From Deltaproteobacteria bacterium (GTDB lineage: Bacteria > Lernaellota > Lernaellaia > JACKCT01): 64,000 bases of DNA. The position numbers were made by a program, and so were the translations under genes. The notes under the pieces were generated by a model. The model was not told the DNA's origin and did no database searches. It was given only the letters and a program-made list of their open reading frames with translations. Below, piece by piece: positions 51,189-62,699 of this stretch. How positions within the stretch are numbered: position 1 is the first letter of the stretch; each line of letters begins with the position of its first letter. The stretch lies in NCBI GenBank assembly GCA_027493875.1, contig JAOSJX010000008.1, positions 1 to 64,000 on the forward strand. Reading direction: 5' to 3'.

Positions 51189-52776
51189 TTATTCGAAGCG
51201 TATATCCTCGATCAGGGCCGCGGAATCCCAAAACGCGTCGACCCCGTCGAAGACGCCGAGCAGCAACGTGAACGTCTCGCCGGGCGTCACGTCGAAACGG
51301 GCCAAACGCCCCACCCCGCCCTGCGCGACGCCGCCGCGCGGCGCGTTCGTCTCGCTGTAACGCAGGTGCCCGTCGAACACGGGGCCGTTTGCGTTGGCCG
51401 CGGCATCCGCCGAAACGCCGACCTCCGCGATTCCGGCGGCGCCCTCGGGAATCGCGACGAAATCCGATCCCGTCGCGGCGTTGCCCACCGCCCGGTTGAC
51501 GGCGAATCCGAACGCGCCGGTGCGGAACGCGACGAACACGTCGGCGTAAGGGCCACCCACCCATTCGGAATATTCCTGCGTCGCCAGATCGTAGCGGATC
51601 GTCATGCTCGTCGCGCCGTCCGGCACCGTCACCGTCCGCGACGCGACGCATCCGCGCAGTCCGTCGCCGCCCGTCGTCAAATACGCGTAGCGCGCGCCGT
51701 CCGCGTCGGGAAACAGCGACGCCGCCGCCGTGCCGTCCGTGGCGAAACATCCGTTCGGCGTTTCCGTTCCGCCGATCGCCAGAGCCGCGAATCCGCCGTC
51801 GCCGCTTTCGAAGCCGCAGTCCGCGCACGCGTCCCCCGCGCCGTCCTTCGGCACGCCGGCGGTTTCGAGATCCACGTCGACCCCCGTGACGAGGCTCGTG
51901 CCGTCGGAAAAGCGGTCGCCCGTTTCCTCGCCGCAGTCCTCCGGCGCGCCCGGCGCAACGCACTTCGGATTTGAATGGACCGTCACATCGGTCATGGCGA
52001 ACGGCGCAAGGCCGGCGCAACTCGGTCCATCCGCGGCAACGACGGACGGTTTGCCCGCGGGATCGGCCGCGTCCGATGCGAGCACCGGCAGCGCGTACGT
52101 GCCGTTCGCCGCGGGGACGGCGTAAAACGATCCGCCCGCGGCATGCACCAAAGCGTCCGACGCGTCGTCGCCGGCGCAGGCGGTGACGCGGCCGGTGACA
52201 AGGCCGAAACGTTTCGTCGACGCATACACGACGTACCAGCCGGGGCCGCGCCCGCCCACCGCGCTACGCAGCAACGCGACGTTGTCCGCGTCGACGCTCA
52301 TGACGCCGTCCTCATAACGCAGTTTCGTCGCGAAACGCAGCCGGTGCGCGCCCGCCCGGTACTCGATCTTGGCGGCGGCGAGTTGATTGTTGATGACCGA
52401 AAGATCGAGCCCTTCACCGGCAAGCGTCCGGCCGATTTTCGCCAGATCGTTGCGGACCTCGTCGAAATCGATGCGCCAATCGGCGTCTAAAAGGCCCGAT
52501 TGCACGGACGACAACTCGATGGCGAACAGAAAGGTCCAGCCCGCCGGCGCGGTCAGCCCGATGTCGCCCTCGGAAAAACTCCAATTATAGCCGGTCGCCC
52601 GCTCGAGAAGTTCCTCGAGGGAATCGGGCGGATCGGTCTCCTCCCTCGTCGTCCTCTTCTTCCTCGTCGTCGTCGTCGCCCGCGCAGCCCGACCCGGCCG
52701 CGAGTAATGCGCCGAAAAGCAGGAACAAAAGAGCCGCCGCGAGCAGGGCGGTTTGGTGGCGCCGCAGCATGGTCAC
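51189..52776 (-). CDS. Secreted lipoprotein of unknown function with poly-acidic linker after the lipobox (frameshift near 52640)
   Basis: MLRRHQTALLAAALLFLLFGALLAAGSGC-AGDDDDEEEEDDE then 440-aa Gly/Ala/Asp-rich domain ending FDGVDAFWDSAALIEDIRFE. Confidence 0.4.
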
Positions 52777-53145
52777 CGAAAAAACTCCGATCGCGAACCT
52801 CGATCATCGAGGGCCCTGCGAGGGTAGCGTTCCCGCAAATTCCGTCAAGGGACACCGCGTCTCCGCGCGGCGGCGGAACATGGCGACGCAATTGAACTTC
52901 GATCCGGTATTTCTTGACATTTTATTTACGCCGGTTTTAGGATGGTGGGGTCTTAATGAAATGCTTCGGCGGCCTTGGGCGGGCCGTTCCCGATGGGGCA
53001 GTGAGTAGTTGGACCCGTTGAGGAAAGGAGGGTGGCGACCTGTGGCGTAATCTCCTTCTTTTCCAACAATGTTTGCGGCTCTTCGCCTTCAGAACGGCGT
53101 GGAAGACCGTCCGGTTTCACTTTTCTTAAATAAGGGAGAATCAGC

Positions 53146-54892
53146 ATGAACAAGCTCGCGTTTCTTTTGATCGCGTTGCTTGCCGCCATGGCCTTGGTTT
53201 CGACCGGCTGTAGCTGCGGCGACGACGACGATGACGACAGCGGCGGGACGCCCGACGATGACGACACCGGGCCCGATGACGACGTCGACGACGATGACGA
53301 CGACACCGGACCCGATGACGATGACGACGACACCGGAGACGACGATCTGGACACCGAGTTCGATTCGCTGAACTGCGAACTGCCCGATCCCGAGGGCATC
53401 GCACCCAGCACCGTCGGCGGCGGAGCGGTTTCCGACACCATCACCGTGTACGTCTACGCGGATTCGCCCGACGGCGGCACCTGCCCCGCCATCGAAGGCG
53501 CCACCGTGACGACCGACGCCGATACGCAGACGACGGACGTCAACGGCAAGGCCACGTTGGATCTGACCGACGCCGCGACGACCGTTACCGCGTTCGCCGA
53601 CGGCTACTGGGCCTGGTCGTACAAGGCCGATTCCAATGTCATGTACTTCCGCCTGCGTCCCGACAACTACGACTACAGCTACGACGACGTCGAAGGCGAC
53701 TTCACCACCGGCGGCAGCCCCATCGGCCTGACGAATCCGGGCTTGCTGGGCCTCTTTACCGATCCTCTGTACTTGGGCGTCGTCCTGCCCGGCATCTCGC
53801 GCAGCGGCGTGCTCTCGCAGGATTTCGAGAACTTCCTGCCCGAAGGCGAATTCAACATCACGATCGACGACGGCGGCGGACCCGCGGACACCGCGCTGCC
53901 GGAGATGATCTACCTGCCGACGCTCAACCTGACCATTCCGAGCGTCATCAGCGTGACGGGCGGCAACACGTCCTACATGGTCGCGGCCCGCGACACCACC
54001 TCGCCCATCGAGGGCTTCATCATCGGCCTCTCCGCGGTCGAGGCGATTCCGGACATCGCCGGCCTCCTCGATCTCATCGACTGCATCGACCTTGGCGGCG
54101 ACATCCTCGCCTGCATCGAGCCCATCGTCGTGCCGCTGGTCAACGACGCGCTGGCCTTCCAGTACGTCGGCGCGGTGCCCGATTGGGACGGCTCGGGCGA
54201 CTCGGATATCGAAGTCACCGAAAACGTCGCCAAGGGAACCACCACGTTCAACCTCGACAACGAGGACACGGACTACGATTACCTCGGCATCCTCGCCGCG
54301 GAAATCCCGAACCGTTCGATCGTCCCGCTGTCGGTCGGCATCGTGGACTCCGGATCGGTGGATATGGACTCCACGGAGCTGCCCGATTCCGATTACATGG
54401 CGATGATGGCCGCCACCGACCTCATCGCGTCCGATTTCACCAGCGCCAACTTCTCCTTCGCGTTGAAGTACGCCGAAAAGCTCGCCGACTGGGGCGGCGC
54501 GGTGGATTTCGACGGCGACACCGACTTCCTGCCGAACTTCGACACCGGAAGCACCGGCTTCAACGATGTCACCGGCGAAGTGTCCTGGGCGCTCGAATCG
54601 GATGACGACAAGGCCACGGCCGACATCTATTTCGTCGCGTACATGGCCGACTGCGCGGACTGCCCGCCGGTGCTGGCCGCCGTGCCCGGCACGGACACGA
54701 GCTACCAGCCGCCGGTCGGCGACCTCGGCATCACGCCGTCCGCGGACGATATCGTCCTCGTGATGGGCGTGGACCTGCCCGACGGCTACCGATATCGACG
54801 ACTACAATCCGCACGGCCTGTTCGCCTACAACAACGCGTCCTTCAACCTCTGGACGAACCTCGACATCACCGGCCTGATCCCGATCGACTAA
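53146..54892 (+). CDS. Secreted lipoprotein with long poly-Asp linker and large acidic extracytoplasmic domain; C-terminal frameshift near 54790
   Basis: MNKLAFLLIALLAAMALVSTGC lipobox then DDDDDDSGGTPDDDDTGPDDDVDDDDDDTGPDDDDDDTGDDD; true C-terminus ...NLDITGLIPID in alternate frame. Confidence 0.5.
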
Positions 54893-55031
54893 GATCGGTT
54901 CGCCGAAGAACCCCACCGCCCGGCGGCCTCGGCCGCCGGGCGGTTTTCTCGTTGAGCCTCCGCCCGCTTCCTATCATTCGCGGTTCTGAACGGATCGACG
55001 GCACGTGAAACATTGTCAACAAGGCGGTTCG

Positions 55032-57667
55032 CTATGATGCCGATTCCGTTTTCCGCTCGCGCCAGGAGCGGAAGAAGAGGAAGGCGAGCGCGATGTAGCC
55101 GATGAGGGTAAGGATGCGGGAGAAGATGTCCACGCCAACGGAACCGTAGGTGAGAACCACTTCGTTCTCGCGCGGGTAGACGAGCATGAAGTTCGGCGAG
55201 ACCTGATAGATCTTCCGCGCGCCCTTTACTTTCCAATTCATGAACCACGAGTACTTCACGATGTGCGGCTCGCCCAGGCAGGAAGTCGTGAAGCGCACCT
55301 CCTGATCGTCGAAGCGCGTGATGTTGACGTCGCAGTTCTTCGGCGTCGGCGCAAATGTAGCGGGTGTCGCCGGCGCCGGCCCCAGCGGATCGGGCCCGAA
55401 GCGCAAGCCGGGCACGGGATCGCCGTCCGGCGTCTGCACGCGCGCGTGATAAAACGCACCACCCACGCCCTGGTTGAGTTTGATGATGAGGTCGTTGCGT
55501 CCTTCGCGGAGTTCCACGTCGGCGATCGCCGGGCGCTCGACCTCGTGCCGCGGCGATTCCTTGACGCGTTGGTTGTTGAAGAACAAGACCATTTCGTCGT
55601 CGTTCGCGAGCAGCAACCGCGCCGGGCCGGGCTTATCGGCGTAGAGCCCCGCGTAGGCGTACACGACGAGGTGGTGCGACGGGTTCAGCATCGTGTCGAC
55701 GTCGATTTTTCCCTCGCGGAAAAACGACCGCCACGCCACGCCCTTCATCGGCCGCCCGGGACGCAGCCCTTCTTCCCGGTCGTCCACCGGATTCCACTCG
55801 TACGGATTTTCGATGTCGGGCTCATGGAAGAACGGCCCGAGCATGCTCCAGCACGGAATCTCCGTCGGGTCGGACCGCGACTCGGCGAGCACGCCGAAAT
55901 ACGCGGCGAGATCGAATTCCTGCGTCAACTCGGGATCGGGAATCTCTTCGCCGGGTTCGAGGAAAACAAAGGGTTCCTCCAGCACGTTCGGCACGGAGAA
56001 CCACTCGATGGCGCGTTCCTTCCAATTGTCCGTGCGCAAAAACGCGGGGCGGTTTTCCGGCACGAAGACCCACGGCGCCGCGCCGCCCTTGCGGCGATAG
56101 ATGTTGTAATCCTTCACTCGCCGCGCCAGCTCCCAATCCGGCTGCTTGTCCATCGCGTTCTTGGTTTTTTTCCAGTACGCGATGATGTGGCTGACGGAAT
56201 ACAGATCCATGTGGCGCATCGCCACGTCCGGATTGAACTCCGGCGCGGTCACCAGCTTCGGAAAACCCGCGCAGCCCTTGCTGATCTCGCACTGCACGGT
56301 GTAGGTGAACAGCGCGCCGGTGGCGGAGTTGACGATGCCGCCGGGCAGGAACGGCTTGCCGATCATCGCGGGGAACGCCTCGAAGATGCGGTCGGAGCCG
56401 AAGCGGTTGTTGGTGTGCGCCTGATCGTTGACGAAGCGGCCGGGGGGTGCCGGCCATTTCGTCCATCATGCCTTTCAAAATGGGATACGCCTGCTTGAGT
56501 TCGACGCCGTCCATATTCCATTTAAACCAGCGCGACACCTCGTCCGGTTGGCCGGAGAGCAGCGACATGACGATGCCCGCGACGCCGACGACGGCGAGGC
56601 GTTCGTAGCGGAAGACGTCGAGGATGAACGATGCGCCGAGCGCGACGAGCGCCACGTACGCGAAGAAGATGAATGGCCAGAAGCGGATATTACCGAAGCT
56701 GGAATTGATGCGCCCGCCGAAATACCAAAGCGCCACCGAGATCGCCAGCATCGCGCCGAAAAGGCCGACGGCGCGGTTGCGTTTCCAGGCGCCGACGCCG
56801 AGGGCGACGAGCGCGAGCGGCCAGGCGTATTTAGCCCACTCCGGAAACGTCTTGAGCAGCACTTCGTCCCAGTCGCCGCCGAACTCGATGGAGTACGCGC
56901 CCTTCGCCATGAGCGGAAACACCCAGAAGGCCGCGCCGAGCACGCCGATGACGCCGGAGGGCAGGATAAACTTCGTGCGGTTCCACCAGTCGCGGCCGTA
57001 GAGAAACACGGTGGCGCCGACGACCATGATCGCGACCAGCGTCGTGAAAAAATGCGAGTAGAAGCAGAGCGTCAACAGCAGCGCGGTGCGCGGGCTGATT
57101 TTCTTATCTTCGATGTCACGGTAAGCCGCGCCGAGAAAAAAGCGCGAACAGGCAGAACGACACGGAGTTGGAGATCATGCCGGCGAGCGTGCTTTTGACG
57201 TTGACGCCCCACATGGTGTGCGTCTGGACGAACATGAACGGGAGAGAAAACGCGGCCATGACCGCGGGCGCGGAACGCCCCACGCGCATCCAGCGCATGC
57301 CGATGTAGAGCGCGAAGGGCATGGCGTATAGGCCGACGACCGAGACGATCTTAAACGCGATATTGATGGGGATGAAAAACGCTAGCAGCGCCATCATCAG
57401 GTAGGGCAGAAAGAAATAATATTGGAACATCGGAAAGCCACCCCACCAACCGCCCGCCCACGAGATGATCGTGCCGCGCGCGACGGTCTCCTTGAGGTGG
57501 CTGACCATATAATTGTGCGCTGGGACATCGCCGCCCGTGGGGGTGGTGTTGAGCAGCAGCAGCTTCGGCGGCAGGTAGGAGCATATGAAAAGAAGGCAGC
57601 CGACGAGCACCACGGCGTCGAGCAAGCCTTCGTGCCGCTTTTTGAAAAATTCCGCGATTTTATTCAT
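55032..57667 (-). CDS. Large polytopic membrane protein (~870 aa; ~12 TM N-terminal half + extracytoplasmic domain + C-terminal TM), possibly GT-C-fold/YfhO-like; two frameshifts (T6 run near 57100, and near 56400)
   Basis: Three overlapping ORF pieces in different frames with continuous hydrophobic topology; family assignment is inference only. Confidence 0.4.
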
Positions 57668-57805
57668 TCACGCCCGCTCATGTTCTCCGATGCGCGCCGA
57701 TATTCCCCTATCGGGCGCGTTCGACGCAAGCCCGCGCTTGCTCGTCAGGGATGATTCCATCATGATGGTGATATGCCGATTTGGGGGGCACGAGGAGCGC
57801 GCGAT

Positions 57806-58072
57806 ATGACACGGATGGCCGCCAAGGACGCCCGGGAAAAATTCGGAGACACGTTAAACCGCGTCACGGAGAACGGCGACAAAATCGTCCTCCAGCGGCG
57901 CGGGAAGGATGTGGCTGTTCTGTTGCCGATCGCCGAGTGGCACAAGCTCCAGGAGGAACTGGATTCGCTTCAGGACCGTCTCGACGCCGCGGAAGCGACG
58001 CGCCGCTTCGCCGACCCCAAGGAAAAGCCGATCCCCTATGAAAAGGCGAGAAAATCCATGGGACTTCGGTAA
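57806..58072 (+). CDS. Type II antitoxin, Phd/YefM family
   Basis: MTRMAAKDAREKFGDTLNRVTENGDKIVLQRRGKDVAVLLPIAEWHKLQEELD typical Phd/YefM. Confidence 0.7.
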   Translation: MTRMAAKDAREKFGDTLNRVTENGDKIVLQRRGKDVAVLLPIAEWHKLQEELDSLQDRLDAAEATRRFADPKEKPIPYEKARKSMGLR

Positions 58073-58330
58073 TCTCCCGCATTGAAATCCTTCCCTCCGC
58101 ACAAAAGGAAATAGCTGCTCTGCCCGCAAAACCTCGGGCGCGCGTGGACAAAAACAATTCTATCTCTCGCCGAAAATCCCAGACCGTCGGGATGCGTTGC
58201 GATCATAGGATATAAGAACACCTAGCGCATTCGGGTTTGGTCACTACCGTGTAATCTATCGCATCCAGGACGACCTCATTTTGGTAACGATTGCGAAAGT
58301 CGGACATCGAAAAGACGTTTATCGATCGCT
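58066..58330 (+). pseudogene. Degraded RelE/ParE-family toxin: no start codon, at least two frameshifts and an internal TAG
   Basis: Pieces read RIEILPSAQKEIAALPAKPRARVDKN / LAENPRPSGC / YRVIYRIQDDLILVTIAKVGHRKDVYRSL across three frames. Confidence 0.45.
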
Positions 58331-58439
58331 CTAAACTCGCCGGATCAGTTTGCGGCTTTGGGTCCACATCAAAGCACAGGATTGGCTTATTCGATCTCCC
58401 TTGCGTGACCCCGATCCGATGGCGTAATCATAACCCCTC

Positions 58440-59627
58440 GTGAACGTTTCAAGTGGAAATGCGCCTATGGATCATCAGGAGTCCCGAGGGTTTCTTATCG
58501 GCCAGATCCGTAAGGCGCGTCCGGCGGTCGCGATCCTGATCGCGCTTGTCCTTCTGGCCGTCGCCGACCGCCGCCTCCGCGCCATCGAAAACATTCCGGA
58601 CCTCGTGCTTCGCAGCGAATACCGCTCGCAGGCCGCGTTGCCTTACATGCTGGCGCGGATGCGGAAAGACGATCCATCGGTCGTCTTTCTGGGCGCGTCG
58701 GTGATGCAGGGTGTAACCAACACCATGCCGGAAGACGCCTTTCCGATGGTCATCCGCTCCAAGCTCCGCGCGAAAGGGCGCGAGGTTTACTGTTTCAACA
58801 CCGCCACGATGGGGCACAATATCGGCGATCAATATTGCCTGGCCGCCGCGGCGATCACGAACGGCGCCGACGCGCTGGTCCTGGCCGCTCACTACAAGCT
58901 GCTCAGCTCGCACCCGATCGTCGGCAACCCGCTTCGTTTCAAGCAATTCGCGTACTTTCTGCGAACGGAGAAAGGCCATCGGAAGCTGATCGCGCGGACC
59001 TTCGAAATCAGCCGGTTTCAATGGTGGGGCATTCTCCTGCGCGGCAAGCTGTCGAACATCTGGGGGCTGTACCGCTACCGTGAATTGGTCCCCTATCTTC
59101 TCACCGGCTCGATGGACGATCCCCTGCTCCAATTTCAAGACGCGTACGCGCGCCAGTGGAATCTGACCTTCGAGGGCGAAATCGGGCGCAACGTCCTGCG
59201 GGGATTCGATCTTCAAGAACGCGAGAGAGACGACCTGTGGAAGCAAATGATCGACACGCATCACGAACGCGACCGGGAGATCTATAACGACCTGAACGTC
59301 AACCGGCACAACCCGCACTTCAAGATGATGTCGCGGATCGCGCACGCCGCGCAGCGCGCGAACGTGCCGCTGCTTATTTATTTCTCGCCGCTCAACCGCG
59401 CGCTGAACGAGGAGAAGAATTACTTTCAGTATAACAACGTGGAGCACCTGAAAGAGCTCGTCCGCGTCCTCACCGAGGAAACCGGCGCGACGCTCATCGA
59501 CGCGAACGACGCCGTGCCGCCCCAATATTTCTCGGACATGGACCATTTCAACCGCAAAGGCCATCTCATCATGGCCGACCGCCTTGCGCCCGCCGTGGAA
59601 GCGATGCTCGACCGGAGGAAGAAGTGA
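58440..59627 (+). CDS. Membrane-anchored SGNH/DltD-AlgJ-like protein, probable partner of the downstream MBOAT
   Basis: N-terminal TM; FLGASVMQG block-I-like motif; stop overlaps MBOAT start. Confidence 0.4.
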   Translation: MNVSSGNAPMDHQESRGFLIGQIRKARPAVAILIALVLLAVADRRLRAIENIPDLVLRSEYRSQAALPYMLARMRKDDPSVVFLGASVMQGVTNTMPEDAFPMVIRSKLRAKGREVYCFNTATMGHNIGDQYCLAAAAITNGADALVLAAHYKLLSSHPIVGNPLRFKQFAYFLRTEKGHRKLIARTFEISRFQWWGILLRGKLSNIWGLYRYRELVPYLLTGSMDDPLLQFQDAYARQWNLTFEGEIGRNVLRGFDLQERERDDLWKQMIDTHHERDREIYNDLNVNRHNPHFKMMSRIAHAAQRANVPLLIYFSPLNRALNEEKNYFQYNNVEHLKELVRVLTEETGATLIDANDAVPPQYFSDMDHFNRKGHLIMADRLAPAVEAMLDRRKK

Positions 59628-60902
59628 ATCTTTTTTCGGCCGGGACGATGATTTTTCTGGCCGCTCTTTACGTTGTTTTCCGATGGGCCGTGCCGGCGCG
59701 GTGGCGCCCGGCGTTTCTCTCGCTGACGGCGCTCTATTTTCTCGTCGCGCAGAGTTCCCCGGCGTTCCCGATCAACCTTCTCTATGCGGCCATCACGATC
59801 GCCGTGGTCGTTATCGGCCTGCGTTACGGCAAGATAATCGTCGCGGCGCCGGACGACGAGAAGAAAAAATCATCAAGAGAGCCATCCTGGCGACGGCCGC
59901 GCCGCTCGTCGTTTTTAAGCTGATCGACGCGGCGCTGCCCGCCAGCACGATCCGCTATCTCAACCTCGCTTTTCCGAAGCACGATTTGACCGCGCTTGCG
60001 CCGATCGGCATCAGCTATCTGACATTCCGCGTGCTGGCGTATCTCTTTGAGCTCCGCAAGGGAACGATCCAACCGATCACGCTTCGCGAGCTCTTTTGCT
60101 ACGCGACGTTTTGGCCGACGCTTCTTTCCGGGCCCATCGAACGGCCGCGGCCCTTTCTCGATCAACTTCGCGAGAACAAAAACCGACGCGTCAGGATTTG
60201 GCCGAAGGCTTGTTCCGCATCGCCGCCGGCGCGTTCAAGGCGCTCGTGCTCGGCGCGGCGCTGGGCAAGATGGCCGAGCCGATCATGGGCATCGAAACGA
60301 ATGTCGACGGCATCGCGAATTTCCTTCGCATCTCCGTCGGCGGCCTGTGGCTGTCGCTTTTCGCGTACGGTTTTCACATCTACCTGAATTTTTCGGGCTA
60401 CAGCGACATCGCCATCGGACTCGCACGCCTGCACGGCTACACGATCATGGAAAATTTCCGTTGGCCCTATCTCGCGACGAACATCGGCGATTTCTGGCGG
60501 CGCTGGCACATTTCGCTGACCGGTTGGGTCACGGATTACGTTTACATTCCGCTCGGCGGCAACCGCCGCGGCACGCGCATCGCGACGATCAACACGTTCA
60601 TCGCGATGATTCTCGTCGGCGTGTGGCACGGGTTGTCGATGCACTTCGTGTGGTGGGGCGCCTATCAGGCGTTGCTGCTGGTGATCTACCGCCAGTGGCG
60701 CACGCATTGGCACAAGAAGTCGAAGCTGCGCGACATTCCCGGCTGGCGCTACATGGCGTGGGCGCTCACGTTCTTCTTTTTCAATCTCGGCTGGGTGCTC
60801 TTCGTGCTGCCGCTCGACCCGGCGATCAACGTCTATCTCAAACTTTTCGGCTTGCAGTACACGGGATTCACGCCGGAGCTGTTCACGCAGCACATGCAAT
60901 AG
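59624..60902 (+). CDS. MBOAT family membrane-bound O-acyltransferase (DltB/AlgI/PatA-like); two frameshifts
   Basis: Three ORF pieces; conserved WRRWHISLTGWVTDYVYIPLGGNRRG with catalytic His, VGVWHG. Confidence 0.7.
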
Positions 60903-61140
60903 AGAGCGGTTCGCGAATATACGTATCTCCTCAACAAACATGAGACGGGCGCGGTCGACAGTTTTCAGTCAACAGTTGACAGCTTTCTGCGGCGTCGCGG
61001 AGGCTTCCGTCCTTGGGGCTTTCGACGGTCAACTTTGAACGGTGAACCGTCAACCGGGTTGCGCCGACGACCCTCCGACGCGGTCGATCGATGGCTACGA
61101 AAAACCGTGAACCGCTCTCGCCCGTTCGACGCTTACGGAT

Positions 61141-61908
61141 TCAGAAAGTTTTCACCACAAGCTTGCCGTAGTCGGCGAACTGCTCCCACGCGCTTTGATA
61201 ATCAAGCGTCACGAAGAGCGCGGGGGCGATCACGCCGAAGGGAAACATGGAGATGATATCGCCGCGGCCGTAGTCGATCATCCACGCGTGGTCCACGTAA
61301 CGCACGCCCTTGCCGCCGTCGCGCGGCAGATAGGCGAGATCGCCGGCGGTGTAAACGGTGCGGTCGAACTGGCCGGGAACGTAGGTCCACATCTCGCCGT
61401 CCACCATGAGATCCCAGACGTCCGCGTTGTAGCGGCCGGAGAATCCCTCGGCGCCGATCGGCGTGCCGAAAAACGCGACGTACTCCTTGGTGGACGCGTA
61501 CACGATGGCGATCTGGCAGAAGGCCGTCCCCGCGCTGTTGAAGGTCCATCGATAGTTTTCCGCGATCTTTCCGGGATAGCGCCGCATCAGCTCGGCGTGG
61601 ATGACATCCCACGCCTGCGCGACGGGCAGGCCGACGCCGAGTTGCGCGATTTGCTGGAGATCGACCGGATCGAACAGATAGTCGCCGTCCGTTTCGTCGT
61701 ACGGTGCGGCCTTGCGCAATTCCCGCCACGCGCGCACCAGTCCGCCCCGACCGGGAGCGCTCTCTTGGTCGAGCATGGCGTTCAACTCTTGCGCGGCGAA
61801 AGTCGCGCCGCCGACGGCTTCCGGTTCGTGCGTCTCACAACCAACGACCGCCAAAAGCGTCAACGCGAGAACGACCGCCGCGAGTTTTTTCATCTCATCC
61901 CTCCTCAT
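61141..61908 (-). CDS. ERG2/sigma-1-receptor-like family lipoprotein
   Basis: Lipobox LLAVVGC; YASTKEYVAFFGTPIGAEGFSGRYNADVWDLMVDGEMW...DHAWMIDYGRGDIISMFPFG aligns with sigma-1R/ERG2 GRYWAEISDTIISGTF...EYGRGVIPS. Confidence 0.55.
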   Translation of the reverse strand: MRRDEMKKLAAVVLALTLLAVVGCETHEPEAVGGATFAAQELNAMLDQESAPGRGGLVRAWRELRKAAPYDETDGDYLFDPVDLQQIAQLGVGLPVAQAWDVIHAELMRRYPGKIAENYRWTFNSAGTAFCQIAIVYASTKEYVAFFGTPIGAEGFSGRYNADVWDLMVDGEMWTYVPGQFDRTVYTAGDLAYLPRDGGKGVRYVDHAWMIDYGRGDIISMFPFGVIAPALFVTLDYQSAWEQFADYGKLVVKTF

Positions 61909-62699
61909 TCATCCCGGACGCATCGAAATCCGGCCGCGCCGCTGCGGTCTTCCGGCGCGTCGTGGTTGCGCGCCGAAACGCGCAGCCAAGCCGTTTCGTT
62001 GTTCCACGCGCCGCCGCGCAGCACGCGCTCGGTTCCGTTTTCCGGCGGCGCACCCGCCGCGTAGGCGCCCTCGGCGTACCAATCCGCGGTCCATTCCCAT
62101 ACGTTCCCGCTCATGTCGAACAGGCCGAACGCGTTCGCCGATTTTTCCGCGACGGGATGCGTGGCGCCGCCGGCGTTATCGAGATACCACGCGGCGCCGT
62201 CGAGGCAGCTTTCGTCGTCCCCGCACACGAAGCGCGTTTCCGTGCCGCCGCGCGCGGCGTACTCCCACTCCGCCTCGGCCGGCAGCCGCGCGCCGAGGGC
62301 CGCGCAAAAGTGGCTCGCTTCCGCCCACGTCACCTGTTCGACGGGGCACTCGTCGCAGTCCATGTTCCAGCTCGGGCGGTCGCCCATGACCTGCGCGTAT
62401 TGCGCCTGCGTGATGGGGGCGGCGGTGATGGCGAAGGCGGCGAGATGGACGGGATGCCGCGGCTGCTCGTCCGGCGCGCAATCCGCATCACCCGGAACGC
62501 ACCCCATGGCAAACGATCCGCCGGGCAGCGAGATCCAGAACGCGTTCGTGTCGTCATCGTCACCGGTATCGTCGTCGTCCGACAAATCGTCGTCGTCCGC
62601 CGTGTCGTCGTCGCCGGACGCCGGATCGCCGCTCCCCGAGCAGGCCCCGGTGAAGGCCAGCGCGAAAAGGATCATTAAAAACGGGACAAGCCGACGCAT
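61905..62699 (-). CDS. Formylglycine-generating-enzyme (SUMF1/FGE) family lipoprotein with poly-Asp linker
   Basis: Lipobox AFTGAC then DDDTADDDDLSDDDDTGDDDD; FGE motifs RGGAWNN, GFRCV, LFDMSGNVWEW. Confidence 0.75.
   Translation of the reverse strand: MRRLVPFLMILFALAFTGACSGSGDPASGDDDTADDDDLSDDDDTGDDDDTNAFWISLPGGSFAMGCVPGDADCAPDEQPRHPVHLAAFAITAAPITQAQYAQVMGDRPSWNMDCDECPVEQVTWAEASHFCAALGARLPAEAEWEYAARGGTETRFVCGDDESCLDGAAWYLDNAGGATHPVAEKSANAFGLFDMSGNVWEWTADWYAEGAYAAGAPPENGTERVLRGGAWNNETAWLRVSARNHDAPEDRSGAAGFRCVRDE

Noticed and set aside
51154-52020. 288-aa Arg/Gly-rich minus-strand ORF and several others here
   Set aside because: Alternate frames of the 51189-52776 lipoprotein gene; low-complexity.
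53221-53345. Tandem GAC/GAT-rich DNA repeats resembling a microsatellite or CRISPR-like periodicity
   Set aside because: They are in frame inside a lipoprotein gene and encode the poly-Asp linker. There are no spacer-repeat structures.
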